The notes: generated from the letters alone by a model not told the origin. DNA of 47,318 bases from an uncultured Clostridia bacterium (GCA_944391825.1 CALXUZ010000002.1:1-47318); one strand, 5' to 3'. Counted from the stretch's first letter, positions 8,198 to 18,560 are shown. Numbers and translations are program-made.

Positions 8198-9133
8198 ATG
8201 AGCCGAAAACCAAAAGTAATAGTTATTTGTGGACCAACAGCTTCTGGAAAAACAGGATTATCCATAGAACTTGCAAAAAAGATGGATGGTGAAATAATAT
8301 CATGTGATTCAATGCAAATATATAAGGATATGACAATTGGAACTGCTAAGCCTACTTTGGAAGAAATGCAAGGAATTAAACATTATTTAATTGATTTTGT
8401 TTCTCCAGATGAAAGGTATAGTGTGGCAGATTTTAAAGAAGATGCAGAAAATGCAATTAAAGAAGTTTTGGAAAAAGGCAAAGTTCCAATTGTAGTTGGT
8501 GGAACTGGATTATATGTTGATGCTCTAGTATATAATATTCAATATCCAGAAATAGAAATAGACCTTGAATATAGAAAAAAACTAGAAGAAAGGGTGGAAA
8601 AAGAAGGGGTAGAAAAATTATATTTAGAGGCACAAAAAATAGATAAAGAAGCAATGGAAAAAATTAGTATAAATGACCAAAAACGTATTATGCGTGTTTT
8701 GGAAATTTATCATCAAACAGGAAAAACAAAAACAGAACTAGAGGCAGAATCACGTAGCATTGAACCACAATATGATTATTTAATATATGGTATTGATATG
8801 AATAGGGAAAATTTATATGACAGGATAAATATGCGTGTTGACATCATGCTAGAGCAGGGACTTATTGAAGAAGTAAAACTATTGCTTGAAAAATATAAGC
8901 ATTTTCCTACAGCAATGCAGGGCTTAGGGTACAAAGAAGTTGCGGGCTACTTAAAGGGACTTTTGACTAAAGATGAAATGATAGAAATATTAAAAAGAGA
9001 AACAAGAAGATATGCAAAGCGACAATTAACATGGTTTAGGAAAAATAAAGAAATTAAATGGATAGATGGATTATTGCCAAAAGATGAAAACATACAGAAG
9101 ATTTTGGAGGATTATAGTGGGAAAAAAGCATAA
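8198..9133 (+). CDS. miaA: tRNA dimethylallyltransferase
   Basis: P-loop GPTASGKT, DSMQIYKDMTIGTAKP, C-terminal RRYAKRQLTWFR. Confidence 0.95.
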   Translation: MSRKPKVIVICGPTASGKTGLSIELAKKMDGEIISCDSMQIYKDMTIGTAKPTLEEMQGIKHYLIDFVSPDERYSVADFKEDAENAIKEVLEKGKVPIVVGGTGLYVDALVYNIQYPEIEIDLEYRKKLEERVEKEGVEKLYLEAQKIDKEAMEKISINDQKRIMRVLEIYHQTGKTKTELEAESRSIEPQYDYLIYGIDMNRENLYDRINMRVDIMLEQGLIEEVKLLLEKYKHFPTAMQGLGYKEVAGYLKGLLTKDEMIEILKRETRRYAKRQLTWFRKNKEIKWIDGLLPKDENIQKILEDYSGKKA

Positions 9134-10394
9134 CAAAAATAAAAAGATTAACATTAAAGTTTTATTAAAAAATAGGAAGCTTTTTTTAGCGTACATTTTA
9201 ATTGTGGTTGCAGTAATATATTGCTTTTACAAGGTATTTGTGCTAATTCAAAATCCAACAGATACATTTACGGTTGAACAAGGAAAAATTTATCAAGAAG
9301 AAGCAAATACAGGGTATATAATTAGAGAAGAAACTGTTGTAAAGGGTTCAAATTATAAAAATGGAATGTCACAAATAAAAACTGAAGGTGAAAGAGTTGC
9401 AAAAAATGAGGCTATTTTTAGATATTATTCAAACAATGAAGAAAATCTGGTAAAAAAAATAGCTGAATTAGATGAAAAAATAGATGAAGCTATGAACGGA
9501 CAGACTGAACTTTTGTCAAGTGATATTAAGTCATTAGAAAAACAAATTGATGAACAAATATTATTACTAAGGGAAGTTAACAGTATTCAAACAATTAAAG
9601 AAACTAAAAAAGAACTTAATGATAATATTACAAAAAAAGCTAAAATTGCAGGCGAATTAAGCCCATCAGGTTCGTACTTAAAAAAATTAATTGATGAGCG
9701 AAGCGAATATGAGAACAGCTTAAATGAAGGGGCAGAATATTTAACAGCACCAATTAGTGGAGTTGTATCATACAAAGTAGATGGATATGAAGAAATACTA
9801 TCACCAGATAATTTTAGTAATTTAACAAAAGACACACTTAAAAACATAGATACTAAAACAGGGCAAATAGTTGCAGATAGCAAAGAGAGCGGAAAGATTA
9901 TTAATAATTTTGAGTGTTATATTGCATGCGTTTTAAATTCCGAGCAAGCAAAAGATGCGGAGGTTGGAGACATAGTAGAACTAAGATTACCAAATAATGC
10001 TGAGGTTTCTGCAACTATAGAATACATTTCAAACGAAGATGATGACATTATAATAGTATTTAAGCTAACTGAGCAAGTACAAGAGCTAGTGAGCTACAGG
10101 AAAATATCATTTGATATTATATGGTGGAGCTATAGTGGCAAAAAAGTTCCAAATTCTGCAATTGGAACAGAGAAAAAAGGTGATAATGAAATATCGTATG
10201 TTGTTAGAACTAGAGCAGGATATCAAGACAAAATTTTAATAAAAATTAAAAAGCAAAATGATAAATATTCAATAGTGGAAAATTATACAAATGCAGAGCT
10301 TCAAGAATTGGGCTATTCTGCAGAAGAAATATATGGAAGAAGTACACTTACATTATATGACGAAATATTAAAAAATCCGACATTAAATAATTAG
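9117..10394 (+). CDS. HlyD/membrane-fusion-like protein with N-terminal anchor and coiled coil (function uncertain)
   Basis: GTG 9117 follows GGAGG; a TM helix, a long coiled-coil segment and beta-rich flanks typical of periplasmic-adaptor-like proteins. Confidence 0.45.
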   Translation: MGKKHNKNKKINIKVLLKNRKLFLAYILIVVAVIYCFYKVFVLIQNPTDTFTVEQGKIYQEEANTGYIIREETVVKGSNYKNGMSQIKTEGERVAKNEAIFRYYSNNEENLVKKIAELDEKIDEAMNGQTELLSSDIKSLEKQIDEQILLLREVNSIQTIKETKKELNDNITKKAKIAGELSPSGSYLKKLIDERSEYENSLNEGAEYLTAPISGVVSYKVDGYEEILSPDNFSNLTKDTLKNIDTKTGQIVADSKESGKIINNFECYIACVLNSEQAKDAEVGDIVELRLPNNAEVSATIEYISNEDDDIIIVFKLTEQVQELVSYRKISFDIIWWSYSGKKVPNSAIGTEKKGDNEISYVVRTRAGYQDKILIKIKKQNDKYSIVENYTNAELQELGYSAEEIYGRSTLTLYDEILKNPTLNN

Positions 10395-10526
10395 AGAAAT
10401 ATTACAATTATGTTACAAAAATATTAAATTATTATTACAAACGTAAAAACTATTGACAAGAAAGCAAAAAAGTTAGATACTTATTAAGAATAACGAAGGA
10501 CGAATAAAATTTTAGGAGGGTATAAA

Positions 10527-11006
10527 ATGGCAGGAGCAATTATGGAAAAAGTATGGGGATTATTTGGTATGGACCCAGCAGAGGAGAGAGAGGAAGAAGA
10601 AGTAGAAAATTACGATGAAGAAGAAGTTGTGGAAGATGAAGAACAAGAGGAAAGGAAACTATTTGGCAGAAAAAATAATAAAGTTGTTAATATGCCACAA
10701 GTACAACAAGTAAAAATGGTTATTTCTCAACCAACTACTTTTGAACAAGCTGCAAATATCTGTGACCTATTAAAACAAAAAAAATCGGTAATTGTTAATC
10801 TAGAATATGTGAATAAAGATGTTGCAAGAAGGATTATAGATGTTGTTTCGGGTGCTGTACATGCACTAGATGGACATATACAAAAAATATCTAATTCTAT
10901 TGTTTTAATTGCACCATTTAATTATGATATTGAAAATGAGATGGCAAGAGATGAAATTAAAAATAAATTATCTGTTTCTTGGCTAAGAAATGGAAATAAT
11001 CAATAG
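10527..11006 (+). CDS. sepF: cell division protein SepF
   Basis: Acidic N-terminal linker, then a conserved SepF core (VISQPTTFEQAANICDLLKQKKSVIVNL...DGHIQKIS). Confidence 0.85.
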   Translation: MAGAIMEKVWGLFGMDPAEEREEEEVENYDEEEVVEDEEQEERKLFGRKNNKVVNMPQVQQVKMVISQPTTFEQAANICDLLKQKKSVIVNLEYVNKDVARRIIDVVSGAVHALDGHIQKISNSIVLIAPFNYDIENEMARDEIKNKLSVSWLRNGNNQ

Positions 11007-11018
11007 GAGGAAACCATT

Positions 11019-11468
11019 ATGCTAACACCTTTAGACATTGAAAATAAAAAATTTTCAAAACAAATGATGAATGGTTATAGTGTAGAAGAAGTAGATGATT
11101 TCTTAGACGATTTAACAGTGGATTACCAAAAATTATATAAAGAATCTGCAGAAAATAAAAATAAATTAGAAGAATTAACAGAAAGTATATCTAAATATAA
11201 AAATATTGAAAGTACATTGCAAAATACATTAATAATGGCACAAACTGCAGCAGATGACATGAAAAATGCTGCAAAAAAAGAAGCTGAGCAGATGATTAGT
11301 GAAGCACAAGCTGAAGCGAGAAAATCAATTATAGAATTAGAACAAGAAATAACATTAAAAAGAAAAGAATTAGAAGACCTAGAAAAACAATTTGATGTAT
11401 ACAAGGCGAAAATGGAATCTCTTTTAATATCCCAATTAGAACTATTAAAAGAAGTAAACAAAGATTAA
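11019..11468 (+). CDS. divIVA: DivIVA-domain cell division protein
   Basis: MLTPLDIENKKFSKQMMNGYSVEEVDDFLD N-terminal lipid-binding domain followed by a coiled coil. Confidence 0.85.
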   Translation: MLTPLDIENKKFSKQMMNGYSVEEVDDFLDDLTVDYQKLYKESAENKNKLEELTESISKYKNIESTLQNTLIMAQTAADDMKNAAKKEAEQMISEAQAEARKSIIELEQEITLKRKELEDLEKQFDVYKAKMESLLISQLELLKEVNKD

Positions 11469-11489
11469 GAATTTTATCAAATATCACTT

Positions 11490-11546
11490 AACACCAAGCG
11501 AAAAAAGAAAACTTTAAAAAATCCTTTACTTTTTTCGTTTGGTGTT
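11490..11546 (+). terminator. long hairpin (18-bp stem) downstream of divIVA; putative terminator
   Basis: AACACCAAGCGAAAAAAG ... CTTTTTTCGTTTGGTGTT, with one G-T pair. Confidence 0.4.
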
Positions 11547-11677
11547 ATATAATGTATTCGCAATATTACAAATATTTAACAATGTTACAATTGCATTAAG
11601 ATAATGTTACAATTTTGTTAAAACTATTGACATATTGGCTAAAAAATATAAAATAGATATATCAAAATAGAGGAACT

Positions 11678-12235
11678 ATGAGAGTAATTAGCGGAACAGC
11701 GAGAGGAACAAAACTAAAATCAATTGAAGGTTGGTCCACAAGACCAACTTTGGATAGAGTAAAAGAATCTTTATTTAATATTATACAAGATAATATTAAA
11801 GATTCTGTGATGTTAGATTTGTTTTCAGGAAGCGGTGCTATTGCAATTGAATTCTTAAGTAGAGGTGCTAAAAAAGCATATCTATGCGAGAAAAATTTTT
11901 CGTCTATAAAAATGATATATGAAAACTTAGAAAGAACAAGATTGAAAGATAAAACAATTGTAATAAATAAGGATTACAAAAAATGTTTGGACATAATGCA
12001 AAAAGAAGAAATTAAATTTGACTTTATATTTTTAGACCCACCGTATAGAGCAGATTTTGCAGTTGATGCAACCAAAAGAATATTAGAAAAAAATCTACTA
12101 AAAGAAAAAGGTACCATAATTATAGAAACCGATGATGAGAAGCGAGAATTACTCGAAATAGAAGATTTAGATATTAAAATAGATGACATTAGAAAATATG
12201 GGAGAGTTAATCTTATTTTTTTGAAAAAGCAATAA
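11678..12235 (+). CDS. rsmD: 16S rRNA (guanine966-N2)-methyltransferase RsmD
   Basis: MRVISGTARG, RPTLDRVKESLFN, LDLFSGSG SAM motif, FLDPPY. Confidence 0.85.
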   Translation: MRVISGTARGTKLKSIEGWSTRPTLDRVKESLFNIIQDNIKDSVMLDLFSGSGAIAIEFLSRGAKKAYLCEKNFSSIKMIYENLERTRLKDKTIVINKDYKKCLDIMQKEEIKFDFIFLDPPYRADFAVDATKRILEKNLLKEKGTIIIETDDEKRELLEIEDLDIKIDDIRKYGRVNLIFLKKQ

Positions 12236-12296
12236 AGCTTAAGAAATTTATAAGAGTAGAATTCTAAAGCGTCTTAAAATCGAAAGGGGTAAAATA

Positions 12297-12734
12297 ATGG
12301 AAATATTTACTTTATTAGAAACTTTAGAAGACATGCTAGAAAAAAGTAGAACCGTGCCTTTTTCTGGTAAATGTATTACAGATAAAGAAGAAATACTAGA
12401 TATAATTAAAGAAATTAGACTAAAATTGCCAGAAGAATTAAAACAAGCAAAATGGGTTAAAGAAGAAAGGCAACGTATTTTAGTTGAGGCTCAAAATGAA
12501 GCAGATGAAATTATTAAAGAAGCAGAAAATAGAATAATTTCAATGATTGATGAACATGAAATAACTAGAAAAGCATATGAGAAAAAAGTTGAGATTATAG
12601 AAACTGCAAATGAAATGTCACGCGAAATTTCAAAAGGCACAAAAGACTATGCAGATGGAGTTTTGGCAGGTATTGAAGTTGCTTTAAAAGATGCTTTAAA
12701 AGTAATCGAAGATAATAGAAAAGAGCTTAAATAA
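12297..12734 (+). CDS. hypothetical coiled-coil protein
   Basis: Good SD (AAAGGGG) and a charged helical sequence; I do not recognise a family. Confidence 0.5.
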   Translation: MEIFTLLETLEDMLEKSRTVPFSGKCITDKEEILDIIKEIRLKLPEELKQAKWVKEERQRILVEAQNEADEIIKEAENRIISMIDEHEITRKAYEKKVEIIETANEMSREISKGTKDYADGVLAGIEVALKDALKVIEDNRKELK

Positions 12735-12742
12735 ATTTTCGG

Positions 12743-12812
12743 AAGTCAGAAATCGGAAGTCAAGGACTAAAAATCAATATAATGTTGATTTCCGTTTTCT
12801 GACTTTTCTTTT
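12743..12812 (+). terminator. long-stem terminator
   Basis: AAGTCAGAAATCGGAA pairs with TTCCGTTTTCTGACTT (one mismatch), followed by TTCTTTTT. Confidence 0.55.
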
Positions 12813-12813
12813 T

Positions 12814-12860
12814 GGGGACGGGTCCCAGTCACCCTATTTAGGGTGACTTAGGGACGCTTC
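12814..12860 (+). repeat. REP-B copy 1: GGGGACGGGTCCC-AGTCACCCTATTTAGGGTGACT-TAGGGACGCTTC
   Basis: The 47-nt nested palindrome recurs at 35584, 40519, 41686 (+) and 41776 (-). Confidence 0.85.
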
Positions 12861-12906
12861 TTTCTAAAAAAACTCAAATTGTACTTACAAAAGGGAGGAG
12901 AACAAA

Positions 12907-15285
12907 TTGGCAAAACGTGGAAGAAGAAAAAAAAGCAATAAAGTAGATATGAATATTGCGGTAGTGGTATTAATATTACTAAGTATATTGTTAATGATTT
13001 TAATATACACAAAATCTGGAAGAATTGGAGCAGAATTAAGCCCAATGCTTGGCGGAGTTATGGGATTTATTAAATATATTATTCCAATTGGGTTATTACT
13101 AATTGCAATATACATGACAAATAATGATAGAGAATATATAACACATAAATTAATACAATATGGTGTGTTTTTGGTGTGTGTTGCTACAATTTTAACCCTT
13201 TTTCAGTGCAATATTAATATAAATGAGGATTTTTCAAAAGTGGTAGAAGATTGCTATAACTTGGGTGAAAAGGACATTGGTGGCGGTGTTATTGGTGCTA
13301 GTGTAGCATTTCCATTAATTGCATTACTAGGAAAAGTTGGTGCAATAATTTTGACAATTGGAATTTCAATAATAATGCTGATATTCATGTTCGGAATTAG
13401 GCCGGCGGAAAAAATTAGTGAAATTATGGAAAAGATGGCAGAGAGAAGGGAAGAGCGCAAGGAAGAGAGATTAAAAGAGAAAGAAGATATAAGACTTGCA
13501 GAAAAACATAAAGAGACTAAATCAGAAAGAAAATTAAGAGAAAAAGAAGAAGCAGAAAAACTAGCTGCACAGTTTGAAAACCAATTAACAATAAATTTAG
13601 ATGATGATAATAAAAATAAAAAATATGATCATAGTAATGATGGTTTGGATATTCCTTTTTTTGGCAAGAAAAAGAAACAAGATGAGGAGAAAAACGACTC
13701 TCCAGATGTTATAGAAGGTAACCTATTTAAACAAGTTGAAGAAGAAAAAACAGATAAAACCAAAGAAGTATTGCAATTAGAGCATACAATAACCGTAGAA
13801 GATGATAATTATGAGTTCCCACCAGTTCAGTTACTAAGTGAACCAGAAAAAAAGGTTAACAAAGGTGGCAAAAAACTTGTAACAGATACAGCTACTAAAC
13901 TACAAAAAACTTTGTATAGCTTTGGGGTTTCTGCTAAAGTGGAAAATGTCTCTGTTGGACCTGCTATAACAAGATATGAGTTAAAGCCAGCAGAAGGTGT
14001 AAGAGTTAGCAAGATTGCAAATTTAGCAGATGATATTGCCTTAAATTTAGCAGCAGAAAGCATACGTATAGAAGCACCAATTCCAGGAAAACAAGCAGTA
14101 GGAATTGAAATTCCAAATAAAGAAAACGAAACAGTTCATTTAAGGGAAATTTTAGAGTGTGATGCTTTTACAAATCATAAGTCAAAACTTGCATTTGCAT
14201 TGGGAAAAGATGTTGCGGGACAACCCATAGTTACAGATATTTCTAAAATGCCCCATGTTTTAATAGCAGGTGCAACAGGTTCTGGTAAAAGTGTTTGCAT
14301 AAATACTTTAATTGCAAGCATAATTTATAAAGCAAAACCAAGTGAAGTAAAATTACTAATGGTAGATCCAAAAGTAGTAGAACTTTCAGTATATAATGGA
14401 ATTCCACATTTGCTAATTCCAGTCGTAACCGCACCTAAAAAAGCTGCAGGAGCGCTTGCTTGGGCAGTACAAGAAATGGAAAATCGTTATCAAGTATTTG
14501 CTTCAAAAGGTGTTAGAGACATAAAAGGTTATAACGAATTGATGAAAAAAGAGACCGAAAACAGTATTTTACCACAAATTGTAATAATCATAGATGAGCT
14601 TGCAGACTTAATGATGGTTTCGCCAAAAGATGTTGAAGATTCAATTTGCCGTTTGGCACAAAAGGCAAGAGCTGCTGGTATGCATTTGGTTATTGCAACA
14701 CAAAGACCATCTGTTGATGTTATTACAGGTATTATTAAAGCAAATATTCCATCAAGAATTTCATTTGCAGTATCTTCACAAGTGGATTCTAGAACAATAT
14801 TAGATATGGCAGGTGCAGAAAAACTACTAGGAAAAGGTGACATGTTATTCTACCCTGCTGGTGCACCAAAGCCTACAAGAGTTCAAGGAGCATTTATTAC
14901 AGACCAAGAAGTAGAAAAAGTTGTGGATTTTATTAAGGCAAATGGCGAAGTTACATATAATGAAGATATTATGGAACAGATTGAAAATTCGGATAAAACA
15001 GAAAAAGAATTAGAGGCAGAGCAATCTGCAGACGATGATGGAGCAGACCCATTATTAATGGAAGCAATAGATACTGTTGTAGAAACAAGGCAAGCTTCAA
15101 CATCATTTATACAAAGAAGATTTAAGGTTGGGTATGCACGTGCTGGAAGAATAATTGACCAAATGGAGGAAAGAGGTATTATTTCCGGATATCAAGGTAG
15201 CAAGCCACGTGAAGTTTTAATGTCAAAAGAAAAATGGCAGGAGTTAAAAATGAGCCCTGTAGTTAGTGAAAACGAAGAAGAATAA
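12907..15285 (+). CDS. ftsK: DNA translocase FtsK/SpoIIIE (TTG start)
   Basis: N-terminal TM helices, linker, Walker A GATGSGKS, DELADLM, C-terminal gamma wHTH domain. Confidence 0.95.
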   Translation: MAKRGRRKKSNKVDMNIAVVVLILLSILLMILIYTKSGRIGAELSPMLGGVMGFIKYIIPIGLLLIAIYMTNNDREYITHKLIQYGVFLVCVATILTLFQCNININEDFSKVVEDCYNLGEKDIGGGVIGASVAFPLIALLGKVGAIILTIGISIIMLIFMFGIRPAEKISEIMEKMAERREERKEERLKEKEDIRLAEKHKETKSERKLREKEEAEKLAAQFENQLTINLDDDNKNKKYDHSNDGLDIPFFGKKKKQDEEKNDSPDVIEGNLFKQVEEEKTDKTKEVLQLEHTITVEDDNYEFPPVQLLSEPEKKVNKGGKKLVTDTATKLQKTLYSFGVSAKVENVSVGPAITRYELKPAEGVRVSKIANLADDIALNLAAESIRIEAPIPGKQAVGIEIPNKENETVHLREILECDAFTNHKSKLAFALGKDVAGQPIVTDISKMPHVLIAGATGSGKSVCINTLIASIIYKAKPSEVKLLMVDPKVVELSVYNGIPHLLIPVVTAPKKAAGALAWAVQEMENRYQVFASKGVRDIKGYNELMKKETENSILPQIVIIIDELADLMMVSPKDVEDSICRLAQKARAAGMHLVIATQRPSVDVITGIIKANIPSRISFAVSSQVDSRTILDMAGAEKLLGKGDMLFYPAGAPKPTRVQGAFITDQEVEKVVDFIKANGEVTYNEDIMEQIENSDKTEKELEAEQSADDDGADPLLMEAIDTVVETRQASTSFIQRRFKVGYARAGRIIDQMEERGIISGYQGSKPREVLMSKEKWQELKMSPVVSENEEE

Positions 15286-15303
15286 AATTTTAAAAGGAAT
15301 ACA

Positions 15304-16869
15304 ATGGATAAAAAAGAAAAGATTTTGTCAAAATTAAATATTAAAGATTACAATAATCGCCTAGAGAAGATTTTAGAAAAGAAAAAATTTTCATTAGATA
15401 CTAAAAATCTTCTTTTGGGCATGCTTTATAGAATTGAAAATGGGTATGCAGATTACAAAAAAACAAAAGTAGAAGTTCCAAGCAAAAATGAATTTATTGA
15501 AAATATTTTTAATATTATTATGTCTAATTGTAATGAAATTAGTGTTGCCGAATTTGACTCACAAGCAAGCAAAATTCTAAAAGAGAAAAATGAAAAATAT
15601 ATTATAGAAAAAGATAATGGAAAAATAACTGTGCTAGGAAATGAATTACTATTATTTGACTGTATACTAAAAATAGCACAAAAACAAGTTTGTGTTCCCG
15701 AAGAATTAGAAGATTTTAAAGTACCAATTTCTAATTTTTTGAATTTGGGAGATTTGATTAATAAATCTGAAGTAATGAGGGATTTTAATGGCTGGTCTTG
15801 GAATCCAATACTTAAAAACATACAGGATATAAAAATAAATGTCATTTTTCAAACTCTAATTTATTTAGCAGGAAATGAATTTGTTAATAAGTGGATAAGT
15901 AATACAAGTGAACTAGCAGATTATCTTGAATTATTACAATTTTATATTAAAGAAAACTTTGGAGAAAAAAGAGCGAGTGAGTTTTTGAGCATATTTTGTA
16001 AATTAGTTATAGATATTTCAATATCACAGGATAAAGACCAGATGGCATTTTGGAAGGAAAAAAGAAAATATTTTGATACTGAATTAGATATTTTGCAAGA
16101 TAAACAAAAATTTCTAAAAGAAATAACAGAAGAAAAGAAGAAATATGGTAAACAAATAGAAAACATTGATAAAATTATGAACAATAAGGAGTTGTTAAAA
16201 GAAGAATATATAAGTAGAAATGAAAAATTGCCCAATAAGGAAAAAATTTTTAGTATTAGCCATTTGGTAGGAAGACTAGAAAAGGAAAGAGAAGAATTGC
16301 TTACAAAGATAAAAGAATGTAATAACCTTATAGAACCAAAAGGATATGTTGAAAGAAAGAAGAAAGTAGAAGAAAAAGTGGAGTTTTTAAATAGTTTAGA
16401 TATTGAACAAAAAGAGGATATGAAAAAAACTATTATATATTTATGCGAAATCTTTTTGGAGTGTTTTCAAATAAAAATTGCCAAGGCAAAAACCAAGCAG
16501 GAAATAGTAGATTATATCTACGAATTGCGATATTATGGATTCTTAGCATTGGATAGTGAAGGAACTAAGATAAAAGATGTGGTAAAACTAAGACCAATAA
16601 TTGAAAAAAATAAAGTCAATTTATTAAAAAAAGCAAAGCAGTTATATGCAATAGATGAGGTTACAGATGATGAAAAGGCAAATGAAGAAATTTTGGAAAA
16701 TATTTTTGATAGTAAGATGATTGATTTAGACCATATGGTAATACAAACAAGAGTAACAGAAGGAAAACTATATATTGAATATTATGATGAAAATATTTTG
16801 GAAAATACTATTCAATTGCAAAGTGATAGAACACTTAAATTAAAAAAGAAAACAAAATTATTTATATGA
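15304..16869 (+). CDS. hypothetical 521-aa protein, no recognisable domain
   Basis: Long uninterrupted ORF tightly packed between ftsK and the next gene; K/E/I/N-rich. Confidence 0.6.
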   Translation: MDKKEKILSKLNIKDYNNRLEKILEKKKFSLDTKNLLLGMLYRIENGYADYKKTKVEVPSKNEFIENIFNIIMSNCNEISVAEFDSQASKILKEKNEKYIIEKDNGKITVLGNELLLFDCILKIAQKQVCVPEELEDFKVPISNFLNLGDLINKSEVMRDFNGWSWNPILKNIQDIKINVIFQTLIYLAGNEFVNKWISNTSELADYLELLQFYIKENFGEKRASEFLSIFCKLVIDISISQDKDQMAFWKEKRKYFDTELDILQDKQKFLKEITEEKKKYGKQIENIDKIMNNKELLKEEYISRNEKLPNKEKIFSISHLVGRLEKEREELLTKIKECNNLIEPKGYVERKKKVEEKVEFLNSLDIEQKEDMKKTIIYLCEIFLECFQIKIAKAKTKQEIVDYIYELRYYGFLALDSEGTKIKDVVKLRPIIEKNKVNLLKKAKQLYAIDEVTDDEKANEEILENIFDSKMIDLDHMVIQTRVTEGKLYIEYYDENILENTIQLQSDRTLKLKKKTKLFI

Positions 16870-16883
16870 AAGGAAAAGATTTT

Positions 16884-18533
16884 ATGAAGATTACTTTTTT
16901 AGGAGCAACTAAAACCGTAACTGGTTCTAACTTTTTGGTGGAAGCTGCAGGGAAAAAATTTTTAGTAGATTGTGGTATGTACCAAGGCAGTAGCAAGGAT
17001 GAAATGCAAAACAATGAACCTTTTCCATTTAATGTACAAGATATAGACTTTATGCTATTAACACATGCACATATCGACCACTCTGGTAGAATTCCAAAGT
17101 TATATGTAGATGGATATAGAAATCCAGTTATTACAACAAAAGCAACTAGGGATTTGTGTTCAATAATGCTACCAGATAGTGGGCATATCCAAGAACAGGA
17201 GATTCAATGGAGAAACAAAAAGAGGATAAGGGAAGGAAAAGAGCCCTTACCACCATTATATACGGCACAAGATGCAATTAACTGTATGGAGATTTTTAAA
17301 CCTGTTCATTATGATGAAATTATAGATATTGATGAAAATATACATGTACGTTTTAATGATGCGGGTCACATGCTAGGTTCTGCAATTATTGAAATTTGGG
17401 CAAAAGAAGACGGCAAAGAAACCAAAGCCGTATTTACAGGTGACTTAGGAAATAATGATATACCACTTTTATCATCACCAACAATGATTGAGACAGCAGA
17501 TTATTTAGTTATGGAATCCACATATGGTGGAAGATTACACATTAGAAATGATGAAAAAGCAAATTTATTCTTAGATGTAGTTTCAGAAACATTGGAAAAA
17601 GGTGGAACTGTGGTAATTCCATCATTTGCAGTTGGAAGAACACAAGAAATATTATACGAAATTAATAATTTAAAAGAAGGTCAAAACAGCGAAGAATTTA
17701 AGAAAAAATATGAAGAATTGATGAGAGTACCTGTTTATGTGGATAGTCCCCTTGCAATTTCTGCAACAGAAGTGTTTAGAGAAAATGCAGACTTATTTGA
17801 TGAAGAAACACAAAAAATTATAAAATCTGGAGACAATCCACTAGAATTTCCAGGTTTACAATTCACAAGAACAGCTGACGAATCAAAAGAATTAAATGCA
17901 AGGCAAGAATCAGCAATAATCATTTCAGCAAGTGGTATGTGTGAAGTTGGTAGAATTAAACATCACTTAAAACACCACTTGTGGGAATCAAATAGCACAA
18001 TTTTATTTGTAGGTTATCAAGCACCTGGAACTTTGGGAAGAAGATTAGTAGATGGAGAGAAAAAGGTTAAGATTTTTGGAGAAGAAATTGCAGTAAATGC
18101 AAGAATTGAATATATAGAAGGTTATTCAGGACACGCAGACCAAGAGTGGCTACTAAACTTTATTTATTCATTTATAACAAAGCCAAAACACATCTTTTTG
18201 GTACATGGGGAGCCAGATGGACAAATAATTTTAAAGGATAAAATCCTAGAAAATATTAATATTCCTGTCACAATTCCAGATTATGGAGAGTGCTACACAT
18301 TGGATGACCAATTAACAATGGAACAAGTAACAACACCTGTAGTAAGAGAAAATATAGAAAGAAATGATGTACTTGATAAGATTAAGACATTGAAAGAAGA
18401 ATTGGATGACATGGAAACAATTGTTAAAGAAGAATATTTGGGAAAAGCTAATAATGATGACTCAATTTCTAGGTTAAAATTAAGATTAAAGGAAATTGAA
18501 GACCAAATTGTAAAAATTGTGGAAAATGCTTAA
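16884..18533 (+). CDS. MBL-fold beta-CASP ribonuclease-like metallo-hydrolase
   Basis: MKITFLGATKTVTGS and HAHIDHSG motif, beta-CASP and C-terminal RNA-specificity-like region; an alternative start lies at 16866. Confidence 0.8.
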   Translation: MKITFLGATKTVTGSNFLVEAAGKKFLVDCGMYQGSSKDEMQNNEPFPFNVQDIDFMLLTHAHIDHSGRIPKLYVDGYRNPVITTKATRDLCSIMLPDSGHIQEQEIQWRNKKRIREGKEPLPPLYTAQDAINCMEIFKPVHYDEIIDIDENIHVRFNDAGHMLGSAIIEIWAKEDGKETKAVFTGDLGNNDIPLLSSPTMIETADYLVMESTYGGRLHIRNDEKANLFLDVVSETLEKGGTVVIPSFAVGRTQEILYEINNLKEGQNSEEFKKKYEELMRVPVYVDSPLAISATEVFRENADLFDEETQKIIKSGDNPLEFPGLQFTRTADESKELNARQESAIIISASGMCEVGRIKHHLKHHLWESNSTILFVGYQAPGTLGRRLVDGEKKVKIFGEEIAVNARIEYIEGYSGHADQEWLLNFIYSFITKPKHIFLVHGEPDGQIILKDKILENINIPVTIPDYGECYTLDDQLTMEQVTTPVVRENIERNDVLDKIKTLKEELDDMETIVKEEYLGKANNDDSISRLKLRLKEIEDQIVKIVENA

Positions 18534-18560
18534 AAATAACTAAAAAAGGATGAAAAACAG

